DNA of 56,059 nt from a virus (Duplodnaviria > Caudoviricetes), in IMG/VR virus record IMGVR_UViG_3300033004_000002, positions 1 through 56,059 of that record; one strand, 5' to 3'. A program made the translations under genes and the position numbers. The notes under the pieces are model-generated. The model ran no database searches. It saw nothing but the letters and a program-made list of their open reading frames with translations, and was not told the origin of the DNA. Shown in pieces: positions 7,973-17,233 of this stretch (the first letter of the stretch is position 1; each line of letters starts with the position of its first letter).

Positions 7973-8184
7973 CTATTTTCTGGTTTCTTCTTGTTCGCAG
8001 GCCATAGCCCAAACCTGCATCTGTAGGCCTGCTGGCACGACCGTGCCGCGCAGATGATGGTGTCCGGGTTGAAGCACGGCTTCTCGAAATGCGGGCCGAA
8101 GCGGCGCCGGTCGAAGGGGACGAGGTGTTGGTCTTCCTCGGTCCATTCGAGGGGTGGTGTGGTGGGCGGCGGATGGGTGGTCAC
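7969..8184 (-). CDS. Hypothetical protein
   Basis: Coupled overlaps; GAGGAG upstream. Confidence 0.6.
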   Translation of the reverse strand: MTTHPPPTTPPLEWTEEDQHLVPFDRRRFGPHFEKPCFNPDTIICAARSCQQAYRCRFGLWPANKKKPENR

Positions 8185-8315
8185 TCCTCGGTCTCCCGGA
8201 TCGCGTCAGCGAGCGCTTCAAGCCCGCCCTTGAGGTCGTTACCGAGGCCCTCGATTCCGTAGGCAATGAACCAGCCAGCGACAGCCATCCCGATGCCGAT
8301 AAACAGCCCGTTCAT
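8181..8315 (-). CDS. Small membrane protein (MNGLFIGIGMAVAG...)
   Basis: ATGA overlap; one TM segment. Confidence 0.55.
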   Translation of the reverse strand: MNGLFIGIGMAVAGWFIAYGIEGLGNDLKGGLEALADAIRETEE

Positions 8316-8584
8316 GCCACCGCTCCCGCCGCCACGCCCGTGCACCTGATCGGCCAGCGCGACTGCGTCACAGCCCCCTTCTCGCGCCACTCGCGCCAGG
8401 CGTCGCCCTTCGGCGGGATCACGGTCACACGGGTGGCGCCGCAGGTGAGGCAGGTCTTTTCGTGCTGCTCGCAGCCGGTGACGGAGGCCTCCGGCTTGAC
8501 GATTTGTTCCTCGCCGAACAGGTGCTCCGGCGCGCGTGGCTGCGGCAGGTGCACGACGTAGCCCTCGGGCAGCGGCGTGCTCAA
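8312..8584 (-). CDS. Hypothetical Cys-containing protein
   Basis: Probable TTG start overlapping the upstream TGA; CxxC motif. Confidence 0.55.
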   Translation of the reverse strand: MSTPLPEGYVVHLPQPRAPEHLFGEEQIVKPEASVTGCEQHEKTCLTCGATRVTVIPPKGDAWREWREKGAVTQSRWPIRCTGVAAGAVA

Positions 8585-9345
8585 GTCAGACCACCTTGCG
8601 GCTCGCCAGTGCATGTCTGTCTCCGTTGATCTAGGGCGGAATAGCCGGGCGCGGGGTCGCCGAAAAAACAGGCCGTGAGAGACCGTTGAGCCCACGCATA
8701 GCTGCGCGCCTCGGCGTCACGCATGGCCTGCGAGATCTCGACCGGCTGCGGCAGCGGCTTGCTCGCTGCATGCAGGCCAAACGAGGCCCCGTGCGTCCGC
8801 AGCCGGCTCGCGACGGCGGTCGGCGTGCGGTCGAGTTCGGTGCCGATGACCTCGCAGACACGGCGGCGATCGGCGTGCGTGCCGCCGCCATTCTCGGTAA
8901 ACAGCTCGCGCCAGCGGGCCTGGGCCAGCGTCATGTCGGCCTCGGACCATGGCGGATTCTGCCGTTCGGCAGGAGGTGCGGTCTCGCCGGACTCGCCGTT
9001 GCCGGCGTTCGGCCTGAGCCGGTTGTACTTGTGCGAGCAGGTGCCGTGCATGCGGCCGAAATGGCTGTCGATGTCGAGCCAGCACAGCTTTTCGACCTCG
9101 CGCAGCCGGATCAGTTCGGCCTCGGTCTCGGGCGTCCAGCGCGGCCTATTGACCTGGCGCAACTTGATGGCGGTAGCGATCTCCGCTGACGGTCGTTTGC
9201 AACGCGAGGGGTGCGTTACCTTGTTCTTGCAGGACGCGACCGTGCGCCCCACGGCGTCCGCGATCTCGTTCCATGTCGCATTGCGCGCCAGCATGCGAAA
9301 CAGCGTCGCTGTCTGTTCCTCGGTCCAGACGGGGCCCCGTGCCAT
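8581..9345 (-). CDS. GcrA/Myb-like tandem HTH regulator
   Basis: Three W-[TS]-x-x-x repeats each followed by an HTH (WTEEQ, WTPET, WSEAD). Confidence 0.7.
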   Translation of the reverse strand: MARGPVWTEEQTATLFRMLARNATWNEIADAVGRTVASCKNKVTHPSRCKRPSAEIATAIKLRQVNRPRWTPETEAELIRLREVEKLCWLDIDSHFGRMHGTCSHKYNRLRPNAGNGESGETAPPAERQNPPWSEADMTLAQARWRELFTENGGGTHADRRRVCEVIGTELDRTPTAVASRLRTHGASFGLHAASKPLPQPVEISQAMRDAEARSYAWAQRSLTACFFGDPAPGYSALDQRRQTCTGEPQGGLT

Positions 9346-9382
9346 GGTTCAGTTGCTCCTGTTGATCGTGATGCATTCCAGA

Positions 9383-9429
9383 TGGGGACAATGACCGGGG
9401 TCGCCTGTGGCGGCCCCTGTCAGGTTATT
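9383..9429 (-). repeat. Bipartite site copy B
   Basis: AATAACCTGACAGG...GGTCATTGTCCCCA with a 26-nt spacer. Confidence 0.9.
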
Positions 9430-9448
9430 ATCGACCGGTTGTGCGGCG

Positions 9449-10252
9449 TTAGATCTTGCCGAACACCGCCATGACGCTGGTGCGCTCGACCACCCCCGTC
9501 ACGATCAGCTTGAACGCGGCCTGCCGGATCAATTCCGAGCGGTGCAGCTTGATGCCGAGCGTCAGCTTGGCATCGTCCAGTTTCCAGCGCAGGAAGGCGT
9601 AGACCTCGGTCGGCGGATCGCCGAAGTATACCGGGATGTTGAGCAGGAACCTGGTCGGCAATTCGAGATCGCCTTTGGTGCGCGCCTCGGTGTTGTCGTT
9701 GAACTCGAAGCTCTCGTTGTCGGTCTCGGTCCGTATCGCCTTGATGAAGCTGACGTTGCGGCGGGCCTGCAGGTCGCGGCATGCCTCCAGCAGCGAGCCG
9801 GCATCGGGTGCCTTGATGTCGGGCGCGTTCTCCTCGATGAAGCGGGCAAACTCGAGCTGCTCGCTCATCTTGCCGTTGATGCCGCTCCAGATCTTCCATT
9901 CCTCTGAGAACGGCAGATCGAGCGTGGCGCGATGCTCGACCAGCGCCGGGGATTGGGCACCGTGATAGTCGACGGCGGCCAGGATGCGGCTCGCGGCGAC
10001 GTCGGCGAGCAGCAGCGACTCTGCGGTCTTGAAGCGGTTGAGGTAGTCGGCCATCGCGTCCGCGTTCTGCAGGGTCACGCCCTGCTTGATGCTTTTCGGC
10101 TTCAGCACCTCCGTCTTGTGCGGTGGCGTCACCTCGATTGAGCCGTGATCGTTGGGGACGATCAGGTATTCGCGGCCGCTCGGCGTCGAAATGACGTGCG
10201 GCGCGGCTGCGGCTTTCTGGGCCAGTTTGGCAATCGAATCGGTTTCGGTCAT
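9449..10252 (-). CDS. DUF2303 (YfdQ-like) phage protein
   Basis: AVDYH...HRATL...SEEWK-W...Q-EFA-FIEEN and LP-RF-L-IPVY motifs. Confidence 0.85.
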   Translation of the reverse strand: MTETDSIAKLAQKAAAAPHVISTPSGREYLIVPNDHGSIEVTPPHKTEVLKPKSIKQGVTLQNADAMADYLNRFKTAESLLLADVAASRILAAVDYHGAQSPALVEHRATLDLPFSEEWKIWSGINGKMSEQLEFARFIEENAPDIKAPDAGSLLEACRDLQARRNVSFIKAIRTETDNESFEFNDNTEARTKGDLELPTRFLLNIPVYFGDPPTEVYAFLRWKLDDAKLTLGIKLHRSELIRQAAFKLIVTGVVERTSVMAVFGKI

Positions 10253-10303
10253 GGTCTCTCCGGGTTGGATATCGTCGGTTAATCGTGCAGTGCGGTTGAA
10301 CGA

Positions 10304-10624
10304 TCAGTCGCGCGCGGCCGATCGGCCGCCCGCCTCGGTGAACATCTCACGCTGTTGCGGGTCGGAGCGGTGCAGGCTGCCTTCCTCGTCCGAGAAGAAC
10401 ACCGCTTCCGGAATGTCGCCTTCCGGCATCTTGGCCTTGACGTCGCAGCCGATGGTCTTCTGCGAGCCGCCACCTTTTTCGGGCTTGACCTTGAAGGTGA
10501 TCGTCAAGGTGCCGGCCTTGCCGGTTTCGTCGACCGCCTGGACCAGTTCAGCCATCTTGCGGCTCGCCACATCAGCGGCGCGGCCGTTGCGGTATTCGCG
10601 GAGAATGTCGGTGATCAATCGCAT
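10304..10624 (-). CDS. Conserved phage protein usually paired with DUF2303
   Basis: V..TGKAG.LT.T...P...FF...G.L.R.DP.Q pattern; AGGAGG RBS. Confidence 0.8.
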   Translation of the reverse strand: MRLITDILREYRNGRAADVASRKMAELVQAVDETGKAGTLTITFKVKPEKGGGSQKTIGCDVKAKMPEGDIPEAVFFSDEEGSLHRSDPQQREMFTEAGGRSAARD

Positions 10625-10650
10625 GCGCTATTTCCTCCTGTTGGATTCGA

Positions 10651-10697
10651 TGGGGACAATGTCCAGCGCCGTGCGCTGGGACACCTGTCAGGTTATT
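10651..10697 (-). repeat. Bipartite site copy C; contains the NADAR stop codon
   Basis: Shares 21 nt with copy A; 26-nt spacer. Confidence 0.9.
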
Positions 10698-11241
10698 GTT
10701 GACCGACCTCGCGGCTTCCGCGCAGTTCGGCGCGAATTTCCATCCAGAGCTTGCCGAGCATATTCTGGCCGTCGCGGTTCGGACCCCATCCCCAGAAGTC
10801 ATCCCGCCAACTGTCCTCAATGAGTTCGCGATCGTCGGTCGCGAGGAGCTTGCGGCGCACGTATTCATGCTGGTTCGCTTTCTCGCGCAGTATTTCGCGC
10901 ATGAAGGCAATCTTTTGAAAGTCCCAATCACCAACCTGAAAACGCTGCTCCTGCTGCGCCAACTTGAAGGCATCATGAGCAGATCGTGCATTCTTGACCT
11001 TGCCAGCGATAAGCTGGGCACCGGGCAAATCCGACAACGTAAACCGCAACCAGTGATAAAGATGCTCGCTGGTCTTGAAGGTGAATCCGGACCATTCGAC
11101 CTCGAACGACGAGAAGTTCGAAAGGACATAGAAGTCCTGTTCGTAAAAGAAAACCTGCCGCTCGTTGTCGAGCTTGTGAAACTCCGGAACTGCGGGGTAA
11201 CCGATGACTGCCGACGCGGGCTCAGTGGCGCGGTGATCCAT
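10693..11241 (-). CDS. NADAR (YbiA-like) family protein
   Basis: LSNF...F-T-SEH-Y...K..QH...LLAT...E-S-D-FWG...G-N-LG-LWM-IR motifs. Confidence 0.92.
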   Translation of the reverse strand: MDHRATEPASAVIGYPAVPEFHKLDNERQVFFYEQDFYVLSNFSSFEVEWSGFTFKTSEHLYHWLRFTLSDLPGAQLIAGKVKNARSAHDAFKLAQQEQRFQVGDWDFQKIAFMREILREKANQHEYVRRKLLATDDRELIEDSWRDDFWGWGPNRDGQNMLGKLWMEIRAELRGSREVGQQ

Positions 11242-11243
11242 AT
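11189..11243. repeat. 55-bp repeat (site H) forming the 5' end of the NADAR gene
   Basis: 52/55 identical to 17503-17557. Confidence 0.95.
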
Positions 11244-11255
11244 CCTTCTCTCCGT

Positions 11256-11498
11256 TTACTTCTTGTTTTCCTTCGTCGCCGGCACGATCACATACCCCGC
11301 CTGCCGCAACAGCCGCAGCGTCTGAAAGATCACCTGGTCCCCGTCCTCAACGGGACGCCCCGGCACCCACTGCGTCCCGTTGAGCGCGAGCGCGATCACC
11401 TCGCCGGGCGTGAGCACGGGCGCGGCCGTGGGCTTGCGCAGGACGGCCGCGAGGTCGTCGATGATGAGGCGGCGGGTGGCCGAGGTACGGGGGGTCAT
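11256..11498 (-). CDS. Hypothetical protein
   Basis: ATGA coupling. Confidence 0.65.
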   Translation of the reverse strand: MTPRTSATRRLIIDDLAAVLRKPTAAPVLTPGEVIALALNGTQWVPGRPVEDGDQVIFQTLRLLRQAGYVIVPATKENKK

Positions 11499-11959
11499 GG
11501 GTGATGTCCCAGCGAGCGGGCGTCACTGACCTGACTCGGCAGAATCATTCGGGTGACCTCGTCCGGCAGCGTGAACATGCTCTGTCGCCCGCGATATGGG
11601 ATCGGTTGGTTCAGTTTGACGATCGCCGCGCGGCGCCACGCGAAGCGCCCGGCTTCCCAGTTACCGCACTGGAAATCATCGGCATGCGCCGGCTTCGCCG
11701 CAGGCATCTGCTCGCAGGCGATCAGATCGACCGCGCCGATGATTGCGCTCGTCGGCAGGTCCATGGCCCAATGGCCGCCGAACTCATCGTCGAGGATGTC
11801 CTGCATCGCAGCCCACGTGCTGAAATCCTTTTCGAAGTGCTTCGTCGCGTGCACGGCGAGCCAGCCGCGGTGCGGCGTCGACCAGTGCCGGGTTTCGTGG
11901 ACCTTGCGGTCGGTCAGCCACAGCGAGGCCCAGGGTTGCCACAGGGAGATTGCTTTCAT
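11495..11959 (-). CDS. ASCH domain protein
   Basis: MKAISLWQPWASL...K-HETR-W...RG-LAVHA...G-QS motifs. Confidence 0.9.
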   Translation of the reverse strand: MKAISLWQPWASLWLTDRKVHETRHWSTPHRGWLAVHATKHFEKDFSTWAAMQDILDDEFGGHWAMDLPTSAIIGAVDLIACEQMPAAKPAHADDFQCGNWEAGRFAWRRAAIVKLNQPIPYRGRQSMFTLPDEVTRMILPSQVSDARSLGHHP

Positions 11960-12159
11960 GCTGTCACCCCATCCGGTTCACACACAGGCGTCCCCTTCCC
12001 CTCGCCCCTCTCCCCGTCCCGCCAGAACTCCACCCCATGCACGCGGCCCTCGCGTCCAAACGGATGCAGCGTGACCTTGATGGTGCGGCAGCCGCGCAGG
12101 CATTCGCGCTCGGTCTTGTGCACCATGCGATTGCCGAGCTTGGGCCAACGATGGTTCAT
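11956..12159 (-). CDS. Hypothetical protein
   Basis: ATGA coupling on both sides. Confidence 0.6.
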   Translation of the reverse strand: MNHRWPKLGNRMVHKTERECLRGCRTIKVTLHPFGREGRVHGVEFWRDGERGEGKGTPVCEPDGVTA

Positions 12160-13292
12160 GGGCGGCGCTCCGGCATCGCGTTGTGTTCGACGTCGTCGAG
12201 CAGGCGGCCGGCGCGGGCCTTGCCGACGCGCTCGACGAACGCCGCACCGGCCTCCGGGTAAAGCTCATCGGCCCGCGCGACATGCGGATAAGCCTTGATC
12301 GCCTGCCACCCAGAACGCGGATTTCCCTTGGCCTGCTCCGGCGTCGACGGCGCCCATTCGCCCCATTGCTTGAAGAAGAAGGGCACGCCGGCAGCCTGGC
12401 ACTGGTCGCGCAGCGATCGGTCCCAATCGACATGCATCGGCCGCGCCCTCGGGCCGCTCTCGCCGCCGACGATCACCCAGTCGAGGCGCGGGCCGCAGTT
12501 CGTGGACCAAACGGAATGACTCCCGGTGCCGTCTGCCCGGCGATGTGACCAAGTCCCATCCTCATGAAGATGTTCACGCCGATCACTCCCAGTGAGAACG
12601 TTATATCTCTCCCGAACTGTTTTCCGGTCTGGTACGAAGCCTCGCATTGCCCAGGGAATCGCCGTCAAGTCGATCGGCCCCAGCAGCGGCTCGCCGCTGA
12701 TGAACCGCACCGCTGCTGGCGTCTGCAGCAGCAGCGGAATCCGTTCGTCGGCCTCCTGCTGCCGCTCGGCAGATACACCGAGCCAGACGTTCGGCAGCGG
12801 CCAATTCACTTGCCAGTCGCCGCCATGGTTGATCTTGCTGCCTTCGGGCGTGCCCAGCATTGACCAGATATGGCCGTTGATCGTGTGACGGCTCGTCCTG
12901 ACGCAATAATCCCGCATCCTTCGCGCCCGCTTCGTCAGCACCTGAAACGTATGCTGCGGGCACAACGCCATCACCGCGAAGACGCGATCGATCCATGCAT
13001 CGGGACAATCCTCGTGGAACAGGTCGCTCATCGAGTTGACAAAATACGTGGTCGGTTTCTTCCGCTTCAGCGGCTGCAGCAGCGTTGCTTCCGGTGCCTG
13101 CACCAGCTTTCCGGTCCACAACGCGTTGCCGTTGACGACGCGAGTGGTGCCGTCATAGCGGGAGATGCCCATGGCCTCGTTGCGGGCTGCAGTCTTCATG
13201 GCATAGCAGTTGGTGCAGCCGGGGGGGACGATGGAGCAGCCGACGATGGGATTCCAGACGTGTGACGTCCATTCGATCGAGGTTTTGCTCAT
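12156..13292 (-). CDS. DUF5131 / phage Gp37-Gp68 family (radical-SAM-like)
   Basis: IEWT...WNP-GC-x4-GC-NCYA, FVNSMSDLFH, LTKR, WVIVGGESG, PFFFKQWG. Confidence 0.92.
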   Translation of the reverse strand: MSKTSIEWTSHVWNPIVGCSIVPPGCTNCYAMKTAARNEAMGISRYDGTTRVVNGNALWTGKLVQAPEATLLQPLKRKKPTTYFVNSMSDLFHEDCPDAWIDRVFAVMALCPQHTFQVLTKRARRMRDYCVRTSRHTINGHIWSMLGTPEGSKINHGGDWQVNWPLPNVWLGVSAERQQEADERIPLLLQTPAAVRFISGEPLLGPIDLTAIPWAMRGFVPDRKTVRERYNVLTGSDRREHLHEDGTWSHRRADGTGSHSVWSTNCGPRLDWVIVGGESGPRARPMHVDWDRSLRDQCQAAGVPFFFKQWGEWAPSTPEQAKGNPRSGWQAIKAYPHVARADELYPEAGAAFVERVGKARAGRLLDDVEHNAMPERRP

Positions 13293-13471
13293 GTCGGCAC
13301 CCCGCAATCCGGACACCCATGCAGCCACACCTCGGCAATCTTGCGGACGTGCCAGCCCTCGCGCTTCATCATCGCGCGGGCCTCGTCGAAATCCCTGGTC
13401 CTGGTGTCAAGGACTTCATCGCAGCTGTCGCATTCGATGTGGATGATGCCGCCTTGCTGTCGATCGATCAT
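13289..13471 (-). CDS. Small Zn-finger protein (CDSC...CPDC)
   Basis: Two CxxC motifs; coupled. Confidence 0.7.
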   Translation of the reverse strand: MIDRQQGGIIHIECDSCDEVLDTRTRDFDEARAMMKREGWHVRKIAEVWLHGCPDCGVPT

Positions 13472-13755
13472 CAGATGTACCCCTTGACGATCCATCCGAT
13501 TGCAACGGCTATAAGAGGAACAAGCAGCGGATAGGTGATCGCGTCCCATGTCTCATCATCCTTCTGTGGAATCTGCTGATGGCAGAGCAGAGAGACAACG
13601 AGCGAAACCGCAGTCGCCTGCGCGATCGATAGCGGCGGCGCATGGAAAATCGGCACCATGAACCATGACCAGAGCACGCTCAGAGCCCAGCCACGCAAGA
13701 GCGTCAAACCACCGATGACGGCGCCAACTATAACGGCTGATATGATGACGATCAT
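13471..13755 (-). CDS. Small membrane protein
   Basis: Several hydrophobic segments. Confidence 0.7.
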   Translation of the reverse strand: MIVIISAVIVGAVIGGLTLLRGWALSVLWSWFMVPIFHAPPLSIAQATAVSLVVSLLCHQQIPQKDDETWDAITYPLLVPLIAVAIGWIVKGYI

Positions 13756-14205
13756 CTAGAAGTCACCTTCAGCAACTTGCGCACACGGCACCCCCGCCGC
13801 CCGCCAAGCCTTAACCACCCGCGATCGATCATCAAAAACAACCACCGGCTCAAAGCCGTCGGCGCGGACCTGTTCGAGCAGAACGATCTTCAGCACGTCG
13901 TCGTCGCGATGATCGCCGTCCGGGCGCATGTAGAGCCGCAGCGGATAGCGACCGGTATAGGCGCCGTGATCGGACAGCCATTGCGCGGTCTTCTCCCTGC
14001 AGCGCTCCGCGCGGCCCGATACGAAGACGGTCACCAGCTCGCGATCGAGGGCGCGCAGCACGCGGATCATGTGCGGGATCGGCTTGTCGTCGTGACAGAG
14101 ATCGAAATAGGCATCCCATTGCTTGGGTGTCTGTTGAATCAGGTGCAGGCGGTGATCGCCGTTGGCGAGGGTACCGTCGATGTCGAAGATCACGCAGGGT
14201 TTCAT
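13756..14205 (-). CDS. HAD phosphatase (T4 PNK 3'-phosphatase-like)
   Basis: IFDIDGTLA, VSGR, MRP..D.R.D..K, FDDR..VV..WR, QVA-GDF. Confidence 0.9.
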   Translation of the reverse strand: MKPCVIFDIDGTLANGDHRLHLIQQTPKQWDAYFDLCHDDKPIPHMIRVLRALDRELVTVFVSGRAERCREKTAQWLSDHGAYTGRYPLRLYMRPDGDHRDDDVLKIVLLEQVRADGFEPVVVFDDRSRVVKAWRAAGVPCAQVAEGDF

Positions 14206-14207
14206 GA

Positions 14208-14483
14208 TTAGATATTCCGATCCGATCCGCAAAGCATCCGCGCGCGGCGCCAGAATTCATCAGCGCTGACGCGAAAGTTCAGATTGATGTCGTTGTTGTC
14301 GATGGTCACGGTGCCGTCGTCATTGCAGATGATGGCGCCGCGATGGGCGCGCGACGCGTTATCTGCTGCGGCCCACAGAGCTATGAGCGCCGACCCGACA
14401 ATAACGACGATCGCAGCCTGTCTCACAGTCCGTTTGGTGCGGATGATTTCCCATTTCAGCCGGTCCTGCTCGAGCCAGGTCAT
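14208..14483 (-). CDS. Hypothetical membrane-anchored protein
   Basis: One TM segment; coupled. Confidence 0.6.
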   Translation of the reverse strand: MTWLEQDRLKWEIIRTKRTVRQAAIVVIVGSALIALWAAADNASRAHRGAIICNDDGTVTIDNNDINLNFRVSADEFWRRARMLCGSDRNI

Positions 14484-14773
14484 CGCACCGGCTCCGATGA
14501 TGGCGAAATCTCCCGCGCATAAGCGTAGGTCTTCGCGCGCGGCCAGCGATCCGAACGGTTGAGCGTGATCGGTCCCCGGAAGCTCCGATCCTTGACGATG
14601 TCGGGCGCGGCACGCCAGCGGCCGTGCGGCGCGATGCTGCGCGCGCCGTTCTGGCGATAGGTGTTCGCGGGTCGTGGCGTCTTGCGGCGCTTGGCCGGCT
14701 TGGATGGTTCGGTCACGTCATATCCTCCGTTCAGGAGCGCACGCGACGATGAAACCGCGCCCGTGCAAGCCAT
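14480..14773 (-). CDS. Hypothetical basic protein (start probably near 14716)
   Basis: GGAGG upstream of an internal GTG. Confidence 0.5.
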   Translation of the reverse strand: MACTGAVSSSRALLNGGYDVTEPSKPAKRRKTPRPANTYRQNGARSIAPHGRWRAAPDIVKDRSFRGPITLNRSDRWPRAKTYAYAREISPSSEPVR

Positions 14774-14906
14774 CGAGCGCGATCAGCATCCTGATGTTGC
14801 GTTCGCACGCATCAGCGTTTTCGGCATCGAAGTGTGCGAGCGAATGGCCCTGCGGAATCGGGCATAGGGCGAGATGGATGCAGGCGATGAAGACGCTGAA
14901 GGTCAT
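14718..14906 (-). CDS. Small Cys-containing hydrophobic protein
   Basis: ATGA coupling. Confidence 0.55.
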   Translation of the reverse strand: MTFSVFIACIHLALCPIPQGHSLAHFDAENADACERNIRMLIALDGLHGRGFIVACAPERRI

Positions 14907-15298
14907 GCCGCTTCGCCCTCCTGCTCATCCTCTTCAAAAGGGAAGTCGTCATCATCCCCATCGCCCGAGACCATATCGTCAGGTGTACCCGGCTTCGGTA
15001 GCGTCAGCCGTGACGGCGGCTCCCACGGTTTGTTGCGCGCGAGCACGGTTTCCTCATCGGTCAGGGCGTAGGAGAAGATCGCGGCACCAGAATAGTAGTG
15101 CGTCGTCCAGCCGTGCGCGGCCGGGTCGCCCTTGATCGGCACATCGATGCGCAGCATCTTGGCGCCGAAGCGTTCCTCTTCGCGGGCGCGGCCCCAATGG
15201 CTGCGATGGCCCATGATCTCGACCAGCATCCATTCCCAGCCGGGTTCGGTTGCCGTGGGTTGTGGTTGGGTGATCTGCTCTTGTGCTTCGTTCGTCAT
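14903..15298 (-). CDS. Conserved phage hypothetical protein
   Basis: W-LVEIMGH...GR.REEE.FG.KMLRIDVP pattern; GAGG RBS. Confidence 0.75.
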   Translation of the reverse strand: MTNEAQEQITQPQPTATEPGWEWMLVEIMGHRSHWGRAREEERFGAKMLRIDVPIKGDPAAHGWTTHYYSGAAIFSYALTDEETVLARNKPWEPPSRLTLPKPGTPDDMVSGDGDDDDFPFEEDEQEGEAA

Positions 15299-16878
15299 GC
15301 CGCCTCATCCTCGTTTGAAACGTGCGGAGGCGCGGACTGTGTCCCTACGTCTGAGCCGGCTGCCCCAACCAAGGGCTCCCCCGTCTCGCGTTCGCATAGC
15401 GTGCTGGGGGCCTCGCGAGCCGTACCAGACGCCTCCTCTCTGGGTAATTCTGAACCAGGTGCTTCATTCCCCCACGCATCCCAGCCCGGCCGCGCGCGAC
15501 GCGCGTTCAATTCGATCTTGGGAAGGTTCGGGAAGTGAAATTCCGCATGCTCATATTGCTGGTCCGGCTTCTCGCTATGCTCGCCGACAGGCGCTTCGAA
15601 CAGGCTGCGGAAATGCGCGGTTGCCGGCGGCACGACGTTGCCGCGCACGCAGATCAGGAGAATCTCGTGCTCGCCGGTCACCCAGTAACCGGGGCCACGG
15701 CCGGCGCCGTTGCGCAGCTTGGCCCAGACACGTTGGGTTACATATTTGAAGCCGCGCAGCTCGATGACCCGATGGGCGATGGCCTCGTGGGGGATCGTGG
15801 TCCACATGTAGAGCACACAGTCGTCAGCCAGGCATTTGAAGCGCTCGGCGGTCCGAGCGACGATTTCTTCCGGCGTGTGGGCATCGGCCGCCGTCGGGTA
15901 ATGATTGGAGGGATGCCGGTCCATTCCGGACTCGCGAGACCAGGGTTGATGGTCCCATTCGAAATCCTCGATGGCGACGCCGTAGGTCTTCTCGGACATG
16001 CTCTGCAGCTTGCGGCCGAGATCGGCCTCGCGATCATTGCGGCGCTCTTTCTTCGCGGCCTGTTTTTCGGCGCGGATTTCCTTGATGACGGGGGCCAGCG
16101 CTTTCTTGGCCTCCGGCGTCAGCTTTCCGGTCTCGTCGCGCGGAAGCGCCGCGAGAATGGCTTCCTGTTCTTCAGCTGGCCGGCGGGCGATCTCCTCCGC
16201 GGCCGACGCCACGATCTGACCATCGCGGACCGCTTCGTTCAGTTGCTCGGTACCATGATCGCGGACCACGGCAGCGCTCGCGATCAGGCGCGCGGACACA
16301 TGCCCGCGTTCCGCGAGATCGGCGCGCGTCGACGGGGTTGGTGTTTCGGCTGGAATATCAAGATGCAAATTTGCATCTTGCTGCTGTGGTTGCCGCGGTC
16401 CGCCCCAGCGATATTGCTCATAGGAGGCCATCGCATGCGCCCGCTGCGAGGCCTCGAGGTGCCGCCGGAAGATGTTCTTGCTGATGACGTAGTCGAGCGC
16501 CTCGTCATTGGTGCCGGTGAACTGCTCGCACAGAACCGCCAGATTTCTCTTCCTGCAGGCGCGGTAGCGGTTGCGGCCGTCGAGGATCATGTCCTTATGG
16601 ATGATGACCGGATCGCGTTGGCCGTTGGCCGCAATGTCAGCGGCGAGTTCATTCAGCTCGGTTTCGGACAGCAGCGGGAACAGGCCCGCGAAAGGATGGT
16701 CCTTCAGGCGTTCGTGGCCCGCTTCGAGCGAATAGACCTGATTCACCATCTCCCCCACCCTCGGCACCGCCACGCAGGCCTTGCAGGCCGACGCCTTGCC
16801 GTCCGGCTTGCGCTGGTCGGTCTTGAAATCGTCGAGCGGCTTGGCCTGGTGGCAGCGGCTGCAGGTTTTGGTGGTCAC
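15295..16878 (-). CDS. ParB-like domain + MT-A70-family adenine methyltransferase, N-terminal Zn finger
   Basis: CxxC pairs; HP.A.LFP...ILDGRNR..AC ParB-like block; HY-T, LYMWT, GF-Y..W-K, E.LL...RG, HS-KP, IEL-AR...GWD-WGNE. Confidence 0.88.
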   Translation of the reverse strand: MTTKTCSRCHQAKPLDDFKTDQRKPDGKASACKACVAVPRVGEMVNQVYSLEAGHERLKDHPFAGLFPLLSETELNELAADIAANGQRDPVIIHKDMILDGRNRYRACRKRNLAVLCEQFTGTNDEALDYVISKNIFRRHLEASQRAHAMASYEQYRWGGPRQPQQQDANLHLDIPAETPTPSTRADLAERGHVSARLIASAAVVRDHGTEQLNEAVRDGQIVASAAEEIARRPAEEQEAILAALPRDETGKLTPEAKKALAPVIKEIRAEKQAAKKERRNDREADLGRKLQSMSEKTYGVAIEDFEWDHQPWSRESGMDRHPSNHYPTAADAHTPEEIVARTAERFKCLADDCVLYMWTTIPHEAIAHRVIELRGFKYVTQRVWAKLRNGAGRGPGYWVTGEHEILLICVRGNVVPPATAHFRSLFEAPVGEHSEKPDQQYEHAEFHFPNLPKIELNARRARPGWDAWGNEAPGSELPREEASGTAREAPSTLCERETGEPLVGAAGSDVGTQSAPPHVSNEDEAA

Positions 16879-17102
16879 ACCCGCCCCCGCATCTGCTTGA
16901 TCTTCGCCCTCACCACCTTCGGCCACAGCACGATCATCACCGCGATGGCGAGCGCGACGAAGCCGCCCGGCGGCAGCCGGCCGAAGCGGGCGCAGTAGCG
17001 CGACAGCGCGAAATCGATGTAGGCGGATGGTTCGCACAGCATCCAGACCAGCGCCCCGATCAGGAGATAGACGAGCAGCCATGCAACGGGATCGAGCAAC
17101 AT
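16875..17102 (-). CDS. Small membrane protein
   Basis: Two TM segments; GGGAG upstream. Confidence 0.65.
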   Translation of the reverse strand: MLLDPVAWLLVYLLIGALVWMLCEPSAYIDFALSRYCARFGRLPPGGFVALAIAVMIVLWPKVVRAKIKQMRGRV

Positions 17103-17233
17103 GCGAAACACTCCCGGAAATCGAGACAAAGAGGCTCACGCGTTGCGATGATGCGACGCGCGGGCAGGCGTTGGGACTTTGGGTTGACGCAAACGGAACG
17201 CGGGTGATGCTTTACGCGTAGGAAAACGAAGGT

